From positions 64,001-128,000 of the forward strand of contig CAWECG010000001.1 of NCBI GenBank assembly GCA_963807605.1: a stretch of 64,000 nt of DNA. Reading direction: 5' to 3'. This stretch comes from Candidatus Bathyarchaeota archaeon. Lineage in GTDB: Archaea; Thermoproteota; Bathyarchaeia; 40CM-2-53-6; RBG-13-38-9. The position numbers and the translations under genes were made by a program. Positions 36,964 to 48,084 of the stretch are shown piece by piece; the stretch's first letter is position 1, and the number at the start of each line of letters is the position of its first letter. Below the pieces are notes generated by a model. The model did no database searches, was not told the DNA's origin, and was given only the letters and a program-made list of their open reading frames with translations.

Positions 36964-37590
36964 ATGATCTGCAAATGGGTGGATTGCGTGAAGCCAGCGA
37001 AGGAGTCGGCAAAAGATTCTGAGCCGCAGGCTGCTTCAAAGTCTTCGCATAAGGAAACTGACTTGGAGAAGCTCTCAAAGGAGATCGAGTCGCTGAAGGA
37101 AGCCTTGGCCGAAGAGAAAGGAAGATCAGCTGACTATCTGAATCGACTGAAATACCTTCAAGCAGACTTGGAAAATCTGCAGAAGAGAACAAAGAAAGAG
37201 ATTGAGGAGACTATTGCTAGGGCCAATGAACAATTGATCTCAAAGCTTCTAGTCATAATAGATGATATGGAGATAGCGATGAAGGTATCCTCTGAAATTG
37301 AGAACTCGCAAGCTGTAAGGTCAGGATTCGAGCTAATCTTAGGGAAACTCAGAGACCTCCTTGAGAATGAGGGTCTAGCTAGGATTGAAGCCAGAGGTAA
37401 GCCCTTTGACCATGCCATTCATGAAGCCGCCAACCAGACCTCAAGGGAAGATGCCGCGGACGGGACCATCATAGAGGAGCTAAGAGCCGGGTACACTCTA
37501 ACGGGAAAGCTTCTACGGCCGAGCATCGTGATCGTTGCAAAGAACCCTCAGAAGTCGTCCTCTGAAGACAGTGCCAAAAAAAGCGTCTGA
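36964..37590 (+). CDS. grpE: Nucleotide exchange factor GrpE
   Basis: LQADLENLQKR, GKPFDHAIHEA, GYTL...LLRPSIV. Confidence 0.95.
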   Translation: MICKWVDCVKPAKESAKDSEPQAASKSSHKETDLEKLSKEIESLKEALAEEKGRSADYLNRLKYLQADLENLQKRTKKEIEETIARANEQLISKLLVIIDDMEIAMKVSSEIENSQAVRSGFELILGKLRDLLENEGLARIEARGKPFDHAIHEAANQTSREDAADGTIIEELRAGYTLTGKLLRPSIVIVAKNPQKSSSEDSAKKSV

Positions 37591-37716
37591 CTGCAATTAG
37601 CCTCTGCTTCGACCGAAACAGTTCATCGTATTCCAAAATATTTTTCTTCAACCAACCCTCTCCCTTATAAATCCGAGCCACTAAACTATCATGTCAACTA
37701 TTTACAGGTGATTAGG

Positions 37717-39621
37717 ATGGTTGATTCACAAGCATCGAAGATTATTGGAATAGACCTCGGAACTAGCAACTCGGCCGCGGCCGTCCTTCAGGCAGGCAGA
37801 CCAGTCATGATAGCGAGCGCCGAAGGGACCTCTATCGGAGGCAAGGCATTTCCCTCGTACGTCGCATTCACTCAAGACGGCCAGCTGCTTGTTGGTGAAC
37901 CTGCGAGGAGACAAGCTGTCACCAATCCTGAAGGAACGATAATGGCGATAAAGAGGAAGATGGGTACCGATTACAAGGTACGCATATACGGCAAAGAGTA
38001 TACCCCCCAGCAGATATCCGGATTTATTCTCCAGAAAATAAAGAGAGACTCAGAAGCATTTCTAGGAGCCAAAGTCGATAAGGCAGTGATTACTGTCCCC
38101 GCCTATTTCAACGATAACCAGAGGCAGGCTACAAAAGACGCCGGTTCGATTGCGGGTCTGGAGGTCGTCCGAATAATAAACGAACCAACCGCCGCAGCCT
38201 TGGCATACGGCCTTGACAAGGCTGAGAAGGAATTGAAGATCATGGTCTTTGACCTTGGAGGAGGAACGCTGGATGTTACATTGATGGAGATAGGGCGGCC
38301 TAGTCCGTCGGAACCTCCGGTCTTCGAGGTGAAAACGACTAGTGGAGATACGCAACTTGGCGGCACAGACATGGATAATACAATAGTAAGTTTCTTGACT
38401 CAAGAATTCAAGAAGAGCACTGGAATAGACATCAGTAATGACAAGGTCGCGGTTCAGAGGCTTAGAGAAGCAGGTGAAAGAGTCAAGATTGAACTTTCTA
38501 CAACCCTGACAAGTGAGATAAATCTTCCATTCTTGGCATCCGATTCATCAGGTCCTAAGCACTTTAAGATGAGCCTCACTAGAGCAAAGCTGGAGGAGCT
38601 GGTCAATCCAACCATTGAACGATGTAGAGCACCCATGAATAGGGCGCTATCTGACGCCAAGCTTTCTCCTATGGACGTAGACAAGATAATCATGGTTGGC
38701 GGTCCGACCAGAATGCCCATCGTTAGAAAATTTGTTGAAGATTACATGGGCAAAATTGCAGAGCGTGGTGTCGACCCGATGGAATGCGTCGCTATGGGTG
38801 CAGCCGTCCAAGCTGGCGTGATCGCCGGAGAAGTTAAGGAGTTACTTCTACTAGATGTGACCCCGCTTTCTCTGGGCGTTGAGACCCTTGGCAGCGTATT
38901 TACCAAGATAATTGAGAGAAATACGACCATCCCCACCAGGAAGAGTCAGATCTTTAGTACAGCAGCAGACTTTCAGACAAGTGTTACAGTGCATGTCCTT
39001 CAAGGGGAGAGAGCAATGGCTGCCGACAACGTCTCGCTCGGGCAGTTCAACCTAGTCGGAATACCGCCAGCACCGAGAGGAGTGCCCCAGATCGAGGTCA
39101 CTTTCGATATAGACGCAAATGGCATCATCAACGTTTCAGCAAAGGATACTGCTACTGGCAACCAACAGAAGATAACAATAACCGCCTCGACAAAACTCTC
39201 TCAGTCTGAGAGAGAACGAATGGTCAAAGAAGCTGAGAATTATGCTGAACAAGATCGTATCAAGAGAGAAGAGGTCGAGACTAGAAATCAGGCCGACTCC
39301 CTTCTATACACCGTTGAGAAGACCCTGAAAGATCTCGGAGAGAAAATCAGCACAGACCAGAAGGCGAAGTTAGACAAAGCATCTGCAGATTTGCGAGCTG
39401 CTCTAGGCGGCAAAGATGCAGCTGCGGTTAAATCGAGGATGGAAGACCTATCTAAGGTACTGCAAGAGGTCGGCACCGCCGTTTATCAGGAGGCCGCGCA
39501 GAAGACCGCCCAGGCACAATCTGCCACAGGATCCTCTGGTGAATCTAGTGAAACTGGTAGCGAAGATAAGAAGGTAGTGGATGCGGACTACAAGGTTGTA
39601 GAGGAAGAGAAGAAATCCTGA
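37717..39621 (+). CDS. dnaK: Chaperone DnaK (Hsp70)
   Basis: [31 protein letters not shown]; short archaeal/Gram-positive form. Confidence 0.98.
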   Translation: MVDSQASKIIGIDLGTSNSAAAVLQAGRPVMIASAEGTSIGGKAFPSYVAFTQDGQLLVGEPARRQAVTNPEGTIMAIKRKMGTDYKVRIYGKEYTPQQISGFILQKIKRDSEAFLGAKVDKAVITVPAYFNDNQRQATKDAGSIAGLEVVRIINEPTAAALAYGLDKAEKELKIMVFDLGGGTLDVTLMEIGRPSPSEPPVFEVKTTSGDTQLGGTDMDNTIVSFLTQEFKKSTGIDISNDKVAVQRLREAGERVKIELSTTLTSEINLPFLASDSSGPKHFKMSLTRAKLEELVNPTIERCRAPMNRALSDAKLSPMDVDKIIMVGGPTRMPIVRKFVEDYMGKIAERGVDPMECVAMGAAVQAGVIAGEVKELLLLDVTPLSLGVETLGSVFTKIIERNTTIPTRKSQIFSTAADFQTSVTVHVLQGERAMAADNVSLGQFNLVGIPPAPRGVPQIEVTFDIDANGIINVSAKDTATGNQQKITITASTKLSQSERERMVKEAENYAEQDRIKREEVETRNQADSLLYTVEKTLKDLGEKISTDQKAKLDKASADLRAALGGKDAAAVKSRMEDLSKVLQEVGTAVYQEAAQKTAQAQSATGSSGESSETGSEDKKVVDADYKVVEEEKKS

Positions 39622-39643
39622 CTATCATTGCCTCGTTTCACTA

Positions 39644-40738
39644 TTGGTGGCCTTGGTGAACCAAAAGGATTACTATGGGATACTTGGAGTCCAGAGAAAT
39701 GCCACCAAAGACGAGCTAAAGAGCGTCTATCGAAAGCTGGCCCTTCAATACCATCCTGACCGCAACAAGTCCCCTGACGCCGAGGAGAAATTCAAAGAGA
39801 TCTCCGAAGCCTACGCAGTCCTCTCTGACGAGGAGAAACGCAAGACCTTTGATCATTATGGTAGCGCAGGTATAGGTGACCGCTACACCCCTGAAGACAT
39901 ATTCAGAGGAGTTGATTTCGAAGACATCTTTAGAGACCTCGGCTTTGGTATTTTCGATCAATTCTTCGGCAGAAGGGGCGGGGGTTGGGCCGCTCCTCAA
40001 AGAGGTTACGACCTGCAATACGATTTAGAGATAGATCTCGAAGAAGCCGCTACAGGTCTAGAAACAGAGATACCTGTAACCCGAGTTGAGAGCTGTCAGG
40101 TGTGTGGAGGAAGTGGAGCCAAGCCGGGGACAGGCCTTAAGACCTGTCCGGCCTGCGAGGGAACAGGGCAGGTTAGGCGACAGTCAGCCCTCTCAGGTTT
40201 CTTTACAGTCACCCAGATAACCACATGCAGTAGATGTGGGGGAAAAGGTCGCATTACCGAAGTTCCGTGCACAGAGTGTAAAGGCGAAGGAAATGTTCGA
40301 CGCAACCGCAGGCTAAGCGTGAAGATCCCATCTGGCGTAGATGAGAATTCAACCCTGAGATTGAGAGGTGAAGGAGATACAGGGCCAGGAGAAGTTCCGC
40401 CTGGAGACCTTTACGTAACCGTTCACATCAGGCCTCACTCTGTTTTTGAGAGAAAGGGCCAGGATCTGCTTTGTGAGATTCCAATATCCTTCACGCAAGC
40501 GACACTAGGCGCGAGGATCCTTGCACCATCACTTGGAGGCCAGATTGAGATGAAAATTCCGCCGGGGACTCAACCTGGAACACTATTCAAGATGAGAGGG
40601 AAAGGGATGCCGAGAATGGATGGTCATGGTAAGGGGGACGAATACATCAAGGTAAGTGTCAAGGTACCAACACATCTGACTAAGAGGCACAAGGAATTGC
40701 TCCTTGAGTTAGAGAAGGAGGACCAGGATGCAGATTAA
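39644..40738 (+). CDS. dnaJ: Chaperone DnaJ
   Basis: HPD motif, four CxxCxGxG repeats. Confidence 0.97.
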   Translation: MVALVNQKDYYGILGVQRNATKDELKSVYRKLALQYHPDRNKSPDAEEKFKEISEAYAVLSDEEKRKTFDHYGSAGIGDRYTPEDIFRGVDFEDIFRDLGFGIFDQFFGRRGGGWAAPQRGYDLQYDLEIDLEEAATGLETEIPVTRVESCQVCGGSGAKPGTGLKTCPACEGTGQVRRQSALSGFFTVTQITTCSRCGGKGRITEVPCTECKGEGNVRRNRRLSVKIPSGVDENSTLRLRGEGDTGPGEVPPGDLYVTVHIRPHSVFERKGQDLLCEIPISFTQATLGARILAPSLGGQIEMKIPPGTQPGTLFKMRGKGMPRMDGHGKGDEYIKVSVKVPTHLTKRHKELLLELEKEDQDAD

Positions 40739-41215
40739 CCGCACTTGTTCCGGTGGCTATTGATCGGATCCCTTTACTTGGCTTAGTGTAGGTTTCTGGG
40801 GATGCTCTGCCTGTGGGGAATGTTGCAGGTGGTAGGATCCCACTAATACTGGACGAGCGCAACTCAATACTTGATGATTACGTGCAGTCATCTATCAATA
40901 CTGAAGAAGGCCAAGCTTATTTGACAAAAAGCCCGGAAGGACAATGTCCTTTCTAATTTCTCTGTTTGACCGATGGATCTGTGGGCTGCAGAGAAGTAAG
41001 CCGATGGCGTGTTATGGCTATTTCTCGTTATGGAACAACCCAAGTAACGGCATTATGTCTACGCTGACCTCAAGTGCAAAGGCGTAAGGGTATGCAAGGC
41101 CGCAAGAATAACTGCTGAAAAAGTCCTCCCAGAGCTGATTAGGCTAATTTTTGTAACGAGGAGAGCCCAGAGATTGTCTACCTCAATGCTTGGCCATTAT
41201 CCCATAGAAATTTAA
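40728..41215 (+). pseudogene. Decayed YkgJ-like (CxxCxxCC) cysteine-cluster gene
   Basis: Fragments in shifting frames: WGCSACGECCRW*, IPLILDE...GQAYLTKSPEGQCPF*, RWICGLQRSKPMAC, YVYADLKCKGV...EKVLPELI; several stops and frameshifts. Confidence 0.7.
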
Positions 41216-41280
41216 AGAATCGGTGTGAGAAAGCCGTCCCGCAAAGTTAGATTAGAATACGCTCCGTCGGTAAGAAGCTT

Positions 41281-42450
41281 TCAGGGTGAGGATGGAGCGG
41301 GCCTTGCTCCCAGCGCAACCTCAACTGTCAGCGCCTCGTTGTTCCTGATTATGTTTAGAACAACCTTATCCCCAGGATTCTTGAAATACTCAATATAGTA
41401 AAGTATATCCTCAAGTTTGTTCACGTTTCTGCCGTCAATGCCCGTTATCACGTCTCCGCCTATGGTTACATTATTTCCCTCAATGATTGTCATCGTATTT
41501 CCACCGCGTACTCCCGCCTTCTCCGCTGGACTACTGTTCATCACAGATGTGACTAGGAAGCCTCGTGTCTCTGGGAGGTTCAGCTTTTCGGCTATTGAGG
41601 AGGTTACGTCTGTGCCGGCAACTCCCAGCCAAGGATGATCATAATGCCCTGTTCGTATAAGTGATGGTGCGACTCTCTTAACCAAATTCGATGGGATTGC
41701 AAAGCCGACGCCTGAGAACTGCCCTGTCTGAGATTCGATGGCCTCGTTAACCCCAACGACCTCTCCGAGACTATTAAGTAGTGGGCCACCGCTGTTGCCC
41801 GGATTTATGGCAGCATCTACCTGAATTTCGCCAGGTATCACATACCCACCGGTAGTCGGGAGTGACCTCCCAATCTGACTTACAATCCCTTGTGTCAGCG
41901 ACCAACCAAGTCCAAAAGGAGCTCCGACCGCATATATCGCCTCCCCCACGAGCAGCTGCGATGAGTTGCCTAAGGTGACAGGTTTAAGCTCCCCCGGCGA
42001 TGTCTGTACCTTCAAGACTGCTAAATCGGAGTATACATCAGTGCCAACGACTACTGTTGTGATAGTGGTGCCGTCCAGAAAGCCTACCTCCACCGCGTCC
42101 GCTCCCGCTACTACATGGTTATTTGTTATGATGTGACCGTCTCCGTCATAGGTGAAGCCTGTGCCCCGTGCCGAGAGTGTAAGTCCATTAGTTCCCCTCT
42201 GCATATTCAATACTTGCACGACGGACTGTTCTACGCCAACGTAGACCCCATGGGCTCCAGCCCCTTCGCTTTGTGTCTGATTAAGCTTTTCCACAAGTGA
42301 CTGAAGATTATCAAACCTGCCTTGAAGGGTGCTTAGTTGAGATCGAGTCTGAACATAAAAGTATCCTACCATGCCTGCAATCACAAGCATAACTACCAGT
42401 GATATTGATGCAAGGTGAATACGCAATTTGCTAGGCTGAACTTCACTCAT
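41281..42450 (-). CDS. htrA: HtrA/DegP-like serine protease with PDZ domain, membrane anchored
   Basis: ITNNHVV, DLAVL, AINPGNSGGPL; C-terminal PDZ; N-terminal TM. Confidence 0.94.
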   Translation of the reverse strand: MSEVQPSKLRIHLASISLVVMLVIAGMVGYFYVQTRSQLSTLQGRFDNLQSLVEKLNQTQSEGAGAHGVYVGVEQSVVQVLNMQRGTNGLTLSARGTGFTYDGDGHIITNNHVVAGADAVEVGFLDGTTITTVVVGTDVYSDLAVLKVQTSPGELKPVTLGNSSQLLVGEAIYAVGAPFGLGWSLTQGIVSQIGRSLPTTGGYVIPGEIQVDAAINPGNSGGPLLNSLGEVVGVNEAIESQTGQFSGVGFAIPSNLVKRVAPSLIRTGHYDHPWLGVAGTDVTSSIAEKLNLPETRGFLVTSVMNSSPAEKAGVRGGNTMTIIEGNNVTIGGDVITGIDGRNVNKLEDILYYIEYFKNPGDKVVLNIIRNNEALTVEVALGARPAPSSP

Positions 42451-42770
42451 AAAAAACCACTCAAAAAATATTATTTGGTGCGTTCCTTAAAGGCTTTGCC
42501 AGAATGAAGCGACAAAAGTAGTAGTGAAATACAATAAGAATGGACACAAGATAATGTGCTGATTGGTGCAACAAAAACATAGGCAATCTTATTAAAGGGT
42601 CAAATGTGGGGTCAGAGATCCAATAATGTTCACTGAACTTTTTCTGCATCAACCCGAGACAATGTATATCTCCAAGGACTGGATCCGATTATTCAAAAAG
42701 TTGAATTTTCCATCAATGAGTATGATGTGAGTCGAATCAGCGACCTGCAAGACGGGATGAGATCTCTCTA

Positions 42771-43859
42771 TTGAGGACAGTAATTGTTGAATGCAAGCTG
42801 CCACAGAATGTTTCACGTGTGGACGAAGTCTCAACAATGGCCGAGAATATCGGTTACAATGTGATCAAGACCATGGTTCAAAATAGGAACAGTGTACACC
42901 ATGGCCACTGCATAGGCGTTGGCAAACTCGAGGAGCTAAAGAGGCTTGTTGAACAAGAACATATCAGCATTGTAATATTCACAAACACTCTCCCCAGCAG
43001 TCAAGTATTCAAGATACAAAGAAAGATAGGCGATGTAAAGGTCATAGACCGGAACCTGTTGATCTTGGAAGTATTTGACAAGAGAGCCATGACCAATGAA
43101 GCCAAACTCCAGATAGAATTGGCTAGACTCAGATACACGTTTTCATGGGGACGTGAATTCATAAAGCTGAAAGGCATACTGGGCGAACAGGTAGGATGGA
43201 GTGGGCCTGGAGACTATCCTTTCAATGAATACGAGAAGGCTGCAAGGAGAAGAATCAGCAGAGTGAAGATGAGTCTTCGTGATGTTCAAGCTAAGAAGAC
43301 CTTACTACGTGAGAGAAGACGACAACTTGGATTCACAACGGTCGCCTTGGCAGGTTACACACAAAGCGGGAAGACAACTTTTTTCAACAGGGTAGCGTCC
43401 GAGTCCAAGGGAACAGGCGAAGGACCATTTACAACGCTCTCCTCCTACTCAAGGCTAGTGAAATGGAAAGGTTCACAGTTCATGCTGGTCGACTCCATAG
43501 GGGTCATAGAGGATATGCATCCAATGATTGTAGATGCATTCTTTGTGACTCTTGATGAGATAACAAACGCTGACAGCGTTCTTCTTTTCGTCGACGTGAC
43601 CGAGCCAATAGCGACTTTGCGGAGGAAGGTTCAGTCAGTTGACAGTATTACTAGGAAGATTGCGATGCCCTCAAAGGCGTTAATCTGCACAAATAAGACC
43701 GATCTAGTGGACGATGAGACTGCGAGAAACGCTATCGAAGTTATTAGCCAATTGCTGCCTGGCCGAAAGATTTGTCCACTGAGTGCAAAAACCGGTACGG
43801 GTGTGGATTCGACCATCGATAGCGCTCTGGCTGAATTAGAGCTTTCTTGCGTTCAGTGA
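42771..43859 (+). CDS. hflX: GTPase HflX (divergent)
   Basis: IDRNLLILEVF, EAKLQIELARLRY, GYTQSGKT, FTTL, NKTD, SAK. Confidence 0.88.
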   Translation: MRTVIVECKLPQNVSRVDEVSTMAENIGYNVIKTMVQNRNSVHHGHCIGVGKLEELKRLVEQEHISIVIFTNTLPSSQVFKIQRKIGDVKVIDRNLLILEVFDKRAMTNEAKLQIELARLRYTFSWGREFIKLKGILGEQVGWSGPGDYPFNEYEKAARRRISRVKMSLRDVQAKKTLLRERRRQLGFTTVALAGYTQSGKTTFFNRVASESKGTGEGPFTTLSSYSRLVKWKGSQFMLVDSIGVIEDMHPMIVDAFFVTLDEITNADSVLLFVDVTEPIATLRRKVQSVDSITRKIAMPSKALICTNKTDLVDDETARNAIEVISQLLPGRKICPLSAKTGTGVDSTIDSALAELELSCVQ

Positions 43860-44019
43860 CCCTACAGAATTGGTAAGAGACAGTAATCAAGCGTTTTTAC
43901 TTGTCTCGTGATGACATTGGAACTTATCGTATCATTCTTGGTTCTGTTTCAGAGGATAATCGTCGGGTTAAGGCTTGGCAGATGTCGCGCGCGTCTGCCC
44001 GGACTGCAGTCACTCTGGC

Positions 44020-44039
44020 AAAAAAAGAGCAAAGAAAAA
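44020..44039 (-). terminator. Oligo-T tract downstream of the UlaG-like gene
   Basis: TTTTTCTTTGCTCTTTTTTT on the minus strand about 20 nt after the stop. Confidence 0.5.
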
Positions 44040-44058
44040 GGAAAGTAGAGCACAGGCT

Positions 44059-45153
44059 CTACAGATAGGCTGGAAACGGCAGGTCTACCAATTCAGGTCT
44101 GAAGTATTGGGGCGCTTCTACCTGGTGTGGGTAGTAGATACGTTTCTTGTCCTTGTCTTTTGGCCACACGTACCTTGTTCCAGGTCGCATTATGCATACA
44201 TTGAAAGGAGCAAATTTCTTGTTTGCTATCATCTCGACATCTGTAGGATCGCCTTCTACGATTCCCCAGTTTTCGTAATGCATCGGAATCATAACTTTCG
44301 CCTTCAGACATTTTGCTGCTCGGTAGGCGTCGTATGCATTCATCTTGTCGGTCATACCATCGGGATTGTCTCCAAAGGTTATCAATGCTACGTCTATGTC
44401 GTATTGTCTTCCGTGTTTGAAGAACATGTTTGAGTAGTGGGAATCTCCGGCGTCATACACGGTACCGTAAGGTGTCTTCAATACGAAGTTGCAGGCTTTT
44501 TCATCCATAAGTCTAGCAAATTCTTCCATTGACATCTTGTGAATGTCCCTCTGCTCTGTTATCAGAACTGTCCTGTCAAATGACTCCACGGCGCGCACCT
44601 CAACATCCTTTATCTTGACTACGTCACCAGGCTTCACTACGACAATCCTGTCCTTTGGGGTCTTCCATCTTTCGAATATTTCTTTCCCCCGCGGAGGTGT
44701 GACAAATTTGCAGTTTGTGTTTTCTATCAGAGGTTTGACTGTATAGAAATCCATGTGGTCGTTATGTATGTGGGTGGAGAGATATGCGTCGCACTCTTTG
44801 ATTGCCCATGGATCCAAGACATGGGGAACACATCTGACCCAGTACATCTTGTCTGCTCCTGTCATTCTCATCACGCCAGAGTACTTCGCGAAGTCGTTGC
44901 GTTCCGTAAGACCTCCAGAGGCACTGTACTGGTCTATGCAGATGCTTGCACCACCGGCGCTCTTCATCCACCATGACGCGCCACCGAGCCACCATAGCAC
45001 GAACGTATTCTTCTCAGGTTTGGTTTCCTGTATTTCCTTATTTAGTATCGTTCCCCATTCTGGGAACGCGTCTCTTAGCCATTGATCCCTTGTTAGCGGT
45101 TTATCGGGGAGAAGGTTGAGACCTCCGTCCGCCACCCCTTTGATTGCTGACAT
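44059..45153 (-). CDS. ulaG: UlaG-like metallo-beta-lactamase (L-ascorbate-6-phosphate lactonase family)
   Basis: FPEWGT.LN.EI, STHIHNDH, SFDRT, GDSHYSN, GDNP.G.TDKM, IPMHY. Confidence 0.85.
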   Translation of the reverse strand: MSAIKGVADGGLNLLPDKPLTRDQWLRDAFPEWGTILNKEIQETKPEKNTFVLWWLGGASWWMKSAGGASICIDQYSASGGLTERNDFAKYSGVMRMTGADKMYWVRCVPHVLDPWAIKECDAYLSTHIHNDHMDFYTVKPLIENTNCKFVTPPRGKEIFERWKTPKDRIVVVKPGDVVKIKDVEVRAVESFDRTVLITEQRDIHKMSMEEFARLMDEKACNFVLKTPYGTVYDAGDSHYSNMFFKHGRQYDIDVALITFGDNPDGMTDKMNAYDAYRAAKCLKAKVMIPMHYENWGIVEGDPTDVEMIANKKFAPFNVCIMRPGTRYVWPKDKDKKRIYYPHQVEAPQYFRPELVDLPFPAYL

Positions 45154-45442
45154 TTAACTTTCCCTCTTGCTAGGAGATAGCAAGACAGAGAATTTATATT
45201 GTTTTTGTCGAGCAGTTCAGAGAAGTAAAACCCCGCTCGTTTCGCTGGTAGTTACCTCGCCAACTTCTGTGATCGTTCTGAACTCAGGATACTTACGGAT
45301 TCTGAACGTTTTAAATGAAGTTGAAGTTCGCCTAGCTTAAGATCAAATCAAGACACGACTATCGACAAACTAGATAATTCTGGCAGGGGTAATATACTTA
45401 TATTTTCTTGATTTCCAGATTTACAACGGTGTCATTTTTTTC

Positions 45443-45739
45443 ATGTCGACAAAGGAAAAGACCGAGATTCTTCCTTCTGTCAGCGTAGATCATGATGGAG
45501 AAAAGTACCACATCGAGATAGAGTTGCCTGGAGTTGAGAAAGAAAGGATAGAGCTAGAGGTAGGTGAGCAATCCTTCTGCGTACGGGCACCAAGAGAAGA
45601 TGTTGTCTACAATGCCTGTTACACAATAGCACACCCCATAGATCCCGATAAGACGGAAGCCATCTTTGAAGAAGGCCTGCTGAAAGTCACCGCACCACTT
45701 AAGAGTCCTATCAGAGGCCGTCTTGTGATTATAGAATAA
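45443..45739 (+). CDS. Small heat-shock protein (Hsp20)
   Basis: IELPGVEKE, A.F.EGLLKV. Confidence 0.9.
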   Translation: MSTKEKTEILPSVSVDHDGEKYHIEIELPGVEKERIELEVGEQSFCVRAPREDVVYNACYTIAHPIDPDKTEAIFEEGLLKVTAPLKSPIRGRLVIIE

Positions 45740-45842
45740 TCGGGCGTTCAACATATCTTGAGTTGCATTTCCTAAATGAGTTAGGTCTCCTCTACACGGG
45801 AATCGATACTCATGCCTCTCAACATAGTCTTGTTTCGTGAAT

Positions 45843-46619
45843 TCACGGTTTTGAGATCGATTCATAAGTGCTCGGTTTTCTTTCCTTGAGCCTTGCATCT
45901 CGAAGCCTTCGGGCAGTCTGAATGTTCACCTCACCCATTATCGCCCCGGAGGATTCTCCTCCTATCGAGAGAACATTAGGGTAGACTACACCAGTCTTGG
46001 CATCCTCGCTTAGATCCAAGATGATGCTATGACCCAGGAATCGAGGTGGGTACGAGACATTTGCCGCAACAATTGGCAAGCGATTCTCGAGGCAACGTGT
46101 TGTGAGATACAGATGCCAGGGTTGGATTCCGGCCTTCATGATTCGTGATGGAGCGAACAGCATCTCAGCGCCTTCTAGAGCAAAAATCCGGGCAACCTCA
46201 GGGAAAACCGCATCGTAACACACGATAACACCGAATTTCACGTTTCCCGATTCGAATATTGGATACTCGGATCCGGGTTTTGCTATAGACTTCTCATGGC
46301 CAAAGAGATGCACCTTCCTTTGTCGGCCCATAAGTCTACCGTGGTGATCAACTATGGGCGCAGTCACGAAGATACCGTCTGTCAGCCGTTCGAAGAATCC
46401 TCCTGCAATTATAGTGGTGCTGAATTTACGGGCTACGTCTCTCATTAATTCTATCAAGTTGGAGACGCGATCTGGTGTTTCCTCCCCCAACCAATGCTCC
46501 GGAAAGCAGATTATCTCGGATCCTTCATCGGTTGCTTTCCTAACCAGCCTCTCAATATTGTCTTCTAAACTGTCATTAGTGGCCTTGTCTGGGCCGATCT
46601 GGATTGCCGCTACTTTCAG
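45843..46619 (-). CDS. Carbon-nitrogen hydrolase / nitrilase family (probable CTG start at 46619)
   Basis: In-frame KVAAIQ and ICFPE (catalytic Glu) lie upstream of the annotated start 46490; RKVHL and VCYD complete the triad. Confidence 0.9.
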   Translation of the reverse strand: MKVAAIQIGPDKATNDSLEDNIERLVRKATDEGSEIICFPEHWLGEETPDRVSNLIELMRDVARKFSTTIIAGGFFERLTDGIFVTAPIVDHHGRLMGRQRKVHLFGHEKSIAKPGSEYPIFESGNVKFGVIVCYDAVFPEVARIFALEGAEMLFAPSRIMKAGIQPWHLYLTTRCLENRLPIVAANVSYPPRFLGHSIILDLSEDAKTGVVYPNVLSIGGESSGAIMGEVNIQTARRLRDARLKERKPSTYESISKP

Positions 46620-47905
46620 TGAATTCGCAGCCCCTTAATTCCCAGTTTATCGACTAGATAGTCAAGGAGTCGTCTCGCGATTTCTTCCTTACTAGTTCGA
46701 GCTATGTGAGTGGCATTTCCAGAACGATCGACTAGGAATACTTCGTTCTCTTCTGAGCCAAACCCAACGCCTTCAATACCTACGTGATTAGCAACTGCAA
46801 GGTCAGCTCCCGACGAGCTAAGAACCTCCCGTGCTTTTTCAATAAGTTCTGAATCCGATAGGCCATACTCAGCTTTGAAGGCGACTAAACAAGTCTTCGG
46901 GCTGGTCTTCTTCACTTGGTCTATTATCTTAGGTGTAGCTTGGAGTTCGACCGTAAAGCTTTGACTTTCTCTTGTACGAATCTTGGTCTTGTGGGAAATT
47001 GTAGGTTTGTAGTCGACTACGGCAGCACTTCCGATGAATACTTGATATTGTTTGCTTTCAAGCTCTTCTCTAACCGCCTGAAGCATCTCCTCTGTAGTCT
47101 CAACTTTTACTGCTCTCACATTCAGCGGCATCACTGTTTCAACTGGCCCTATTATCAGAGTCGCGGATGCTCCACGCCTTGCGGCTTCGTTAGCGATTGC
47201 GACCCCTGTCTTGCCGGAGCCTTTGTTTGTGATTATCCGAACTGGGTCTATGTATTCTAAAGTAGGCCCTGCAGAAATGAGAAAGTTAAGTCCCTTCAGG
47301 TCGTCATGGGATAGCCTTCTGATTACTGCCTCGACTATGGTTGAAGTCTTTGGAATCTTAGCTTTACTCTCTACGATATACGGATCAAGTACGTTAATGT
47401 CAAAGGTCTTTAGCTTCCCAATATTCTCAAGAACTATTGGATGCTTGTACATGGATTGGTGCATGGCTGGGGCTATGATGATCGGTACGCCAGATCCCAA
47501 TGCGGTAGTGGCTACCGTCGTCACGGTCGTGTCGTCGATTCCGCATGCTATCTTTCCAATCGTGTTGGCTGTCGCTGGAGCTATCAGCAATAGATCCGCC
47601 CTCCCGGCCCACTCGCCCGCCAGCTGAATATGCTCAGTGCTCCCGGTGAGCTCGGTCACAACAGGATTGCCCGTAGCCCATCCCATAAGTTTGGGATTTA
47701 TTAGCTCGCAGGCCGATCGAGAGAGCACCGGGTAGACTTCTGCGCCTCTCCGCATCAGCTCCCTACCAATTTCTGGTGCTTGTGCTGCAGCGACACTTCC
47801 GGTGATACAGAGGATTATCTTCTTGTTAAGAAGCTCTCTTCCTGAAGTGCCCGTTATATCCTTAAGCGGGTTCTGTGACAGATCCTGAATCCCCTTCATT
47901 ATCAA
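46616..47905 (-). CDS. coaBC: Phosphopantothenoylcysteine decarboxylase/ligase
   Basis: TGSVAA, APATANTIGK, APAMH, DPVR.ITN..SGK, FKAE. Confidence 0.96.
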   Translation of the reverse strand: MIMKGIQDLSQNPLKDITGTSGRELLNKKIILCITGSVAAAQAPEIGRELMRRGAEVYPVLSRSACELINPKLMGWATGNPVVTELTGSTEHIQLAGEWAGRADLLLIAPATANTIGKIACGIDDTTVTTVATTALGSGVPIIIAPAMHQSMYKHPIVLENIGKLKTFDINVLDPYIVESKAKIPKTSTIVEAVIRRLSHDDLKGLNFLISAGPTLEYIDPVRIITNKGSGKTGVAIANEAARRGASATLIIGPVETVMPLNVRAVKVETTEEMLQAVREELESKQYQVFIGSAAVVDYKPTISHKTKIRTRESQSFTVELQATPKIIDQVKKTSPKTCLVAFKAEYGLSDSELIEKAREVLSSSGADLAVANHVGIEGVGFGSEENEVFLVDRSGNATHIARTSKEEIARRLLDYLVDKLGIKGLRIH

Positions 47906-48084
47906 ATGGTGCTAGATCTTGATAACCGTGCTCCCGCCTCAACTATGGGCATATGAAGTTAAATATCGGGCATCGAGGGCCTCATGTTGTCATGACAGTC
48001 AGCTCTGACCAAATTATCGCAGGTAGAGCTAAGAACCACAAATGTAAGCATACTAGCAGCACATGATAAGTACGGGTTCTTGAT

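Noticed and set aside
38286-38325. Possible BHB intron at the small insertion in DnaK ([14 protein letters not shown]), helix GGAG/CTCC
   Set aside because: Excision by the BHB rule removes 29 nt and breaks an intact frame; better read as a protein loop insertion.
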